IMG/VR virus record: IMGVR_UViG_3300010396_000045
Coordinates: 29,590 to 93,589 of that record
Reading direction: 5' to 3' (one strand)
From: a virus
DNA length: 64,000 bases
How positions within the stretch are numbered: the first letter of the stretch is position 1; each line of letters begins with the position of its first letter. The notes beneath the pieces are model-generated. The model did no database searches and was not told the DNA's origin. It saw nothing but the letters and a program-made list of their open reading frames with translations. A program made the position numbers and the translations under genes. Shown one piece after another: positions 63,830 to 64,000 of this stretch.

Positions 63830-64000
63830 CGGCCAAGTATGCGATTTGCAACAGGGAAAAATCGCCGAATTTTCGGCCGATAATTGACTGGACTTCCACG
63901 AAAAGCCACGCAAGAGTTGCTGTGTCAGGGACGCCCCAGACCCCATATCAACGAGGAGTATATCCCGTGGATCAGACCATGACTCAAGACGATCTCGACA

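Noticed and set aside
1-64000. Stop-codon reassignment (TAG)
   Set aside because: Conserved genes are full-length in the standard code and many end properly at TAG
1-64000. tRNA, rRNA, integrase or att site
   Set aside because: None recognised by eye; lifestyle (temperate or lytic) cannot be decided from this window

Overview
A 64-kb segment of a GC-rich tailed phage with a contractile tail (myovirus). The host is probably an alphaproteobacterium, inferred from GcrA-like, single-domain receiver, DUF3309-like and RHH genes. A nearly complete morphogenesis operon runs on the minus strand: ParB/DNA-methylase, terS, terL, holin-like genes, portal, MuF, prohead protease/scaffold, decoration, major capsid, neck, sheath, tube, chaperone with -1 frameshift, tape measure, hub, spike, baseplate and several glycan-binding fibres. 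It is interspersed with free-standing homing endonucleases and glycan-active morons. Highlight 1 (22.5-24.1 kb): a plus-strand cassette with an HNH nuclease, a RAMP/Cas7-like protein and three non-coding arrays of (GGY-NN) pentamers. The variable dinucleotides of the first array, read as a two-on/one-skipped code, spell an antisense match to a diverged homologue of the adjacent baseplate-hub gene. This looks like an RNA-guided anti-competitor-phage system with a non-contiguous code. Highlight 2: an ORF-less group I intron (6681-7032) in a virion gene, next to a convergent free-standing HNH. Highlight 3: ten copies of a 17-bp palindromic operator CTATGCA-N3-TGCATAG spread across the window. Highlight 4: a shared structured RNA leader before three unrelated endonuclease genes. 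Highlight 5: receptor-binding proteins with apparently inactive glycosidase domains, possibly chained by split FN3 domains. All calls are by eye; no database searches were run.
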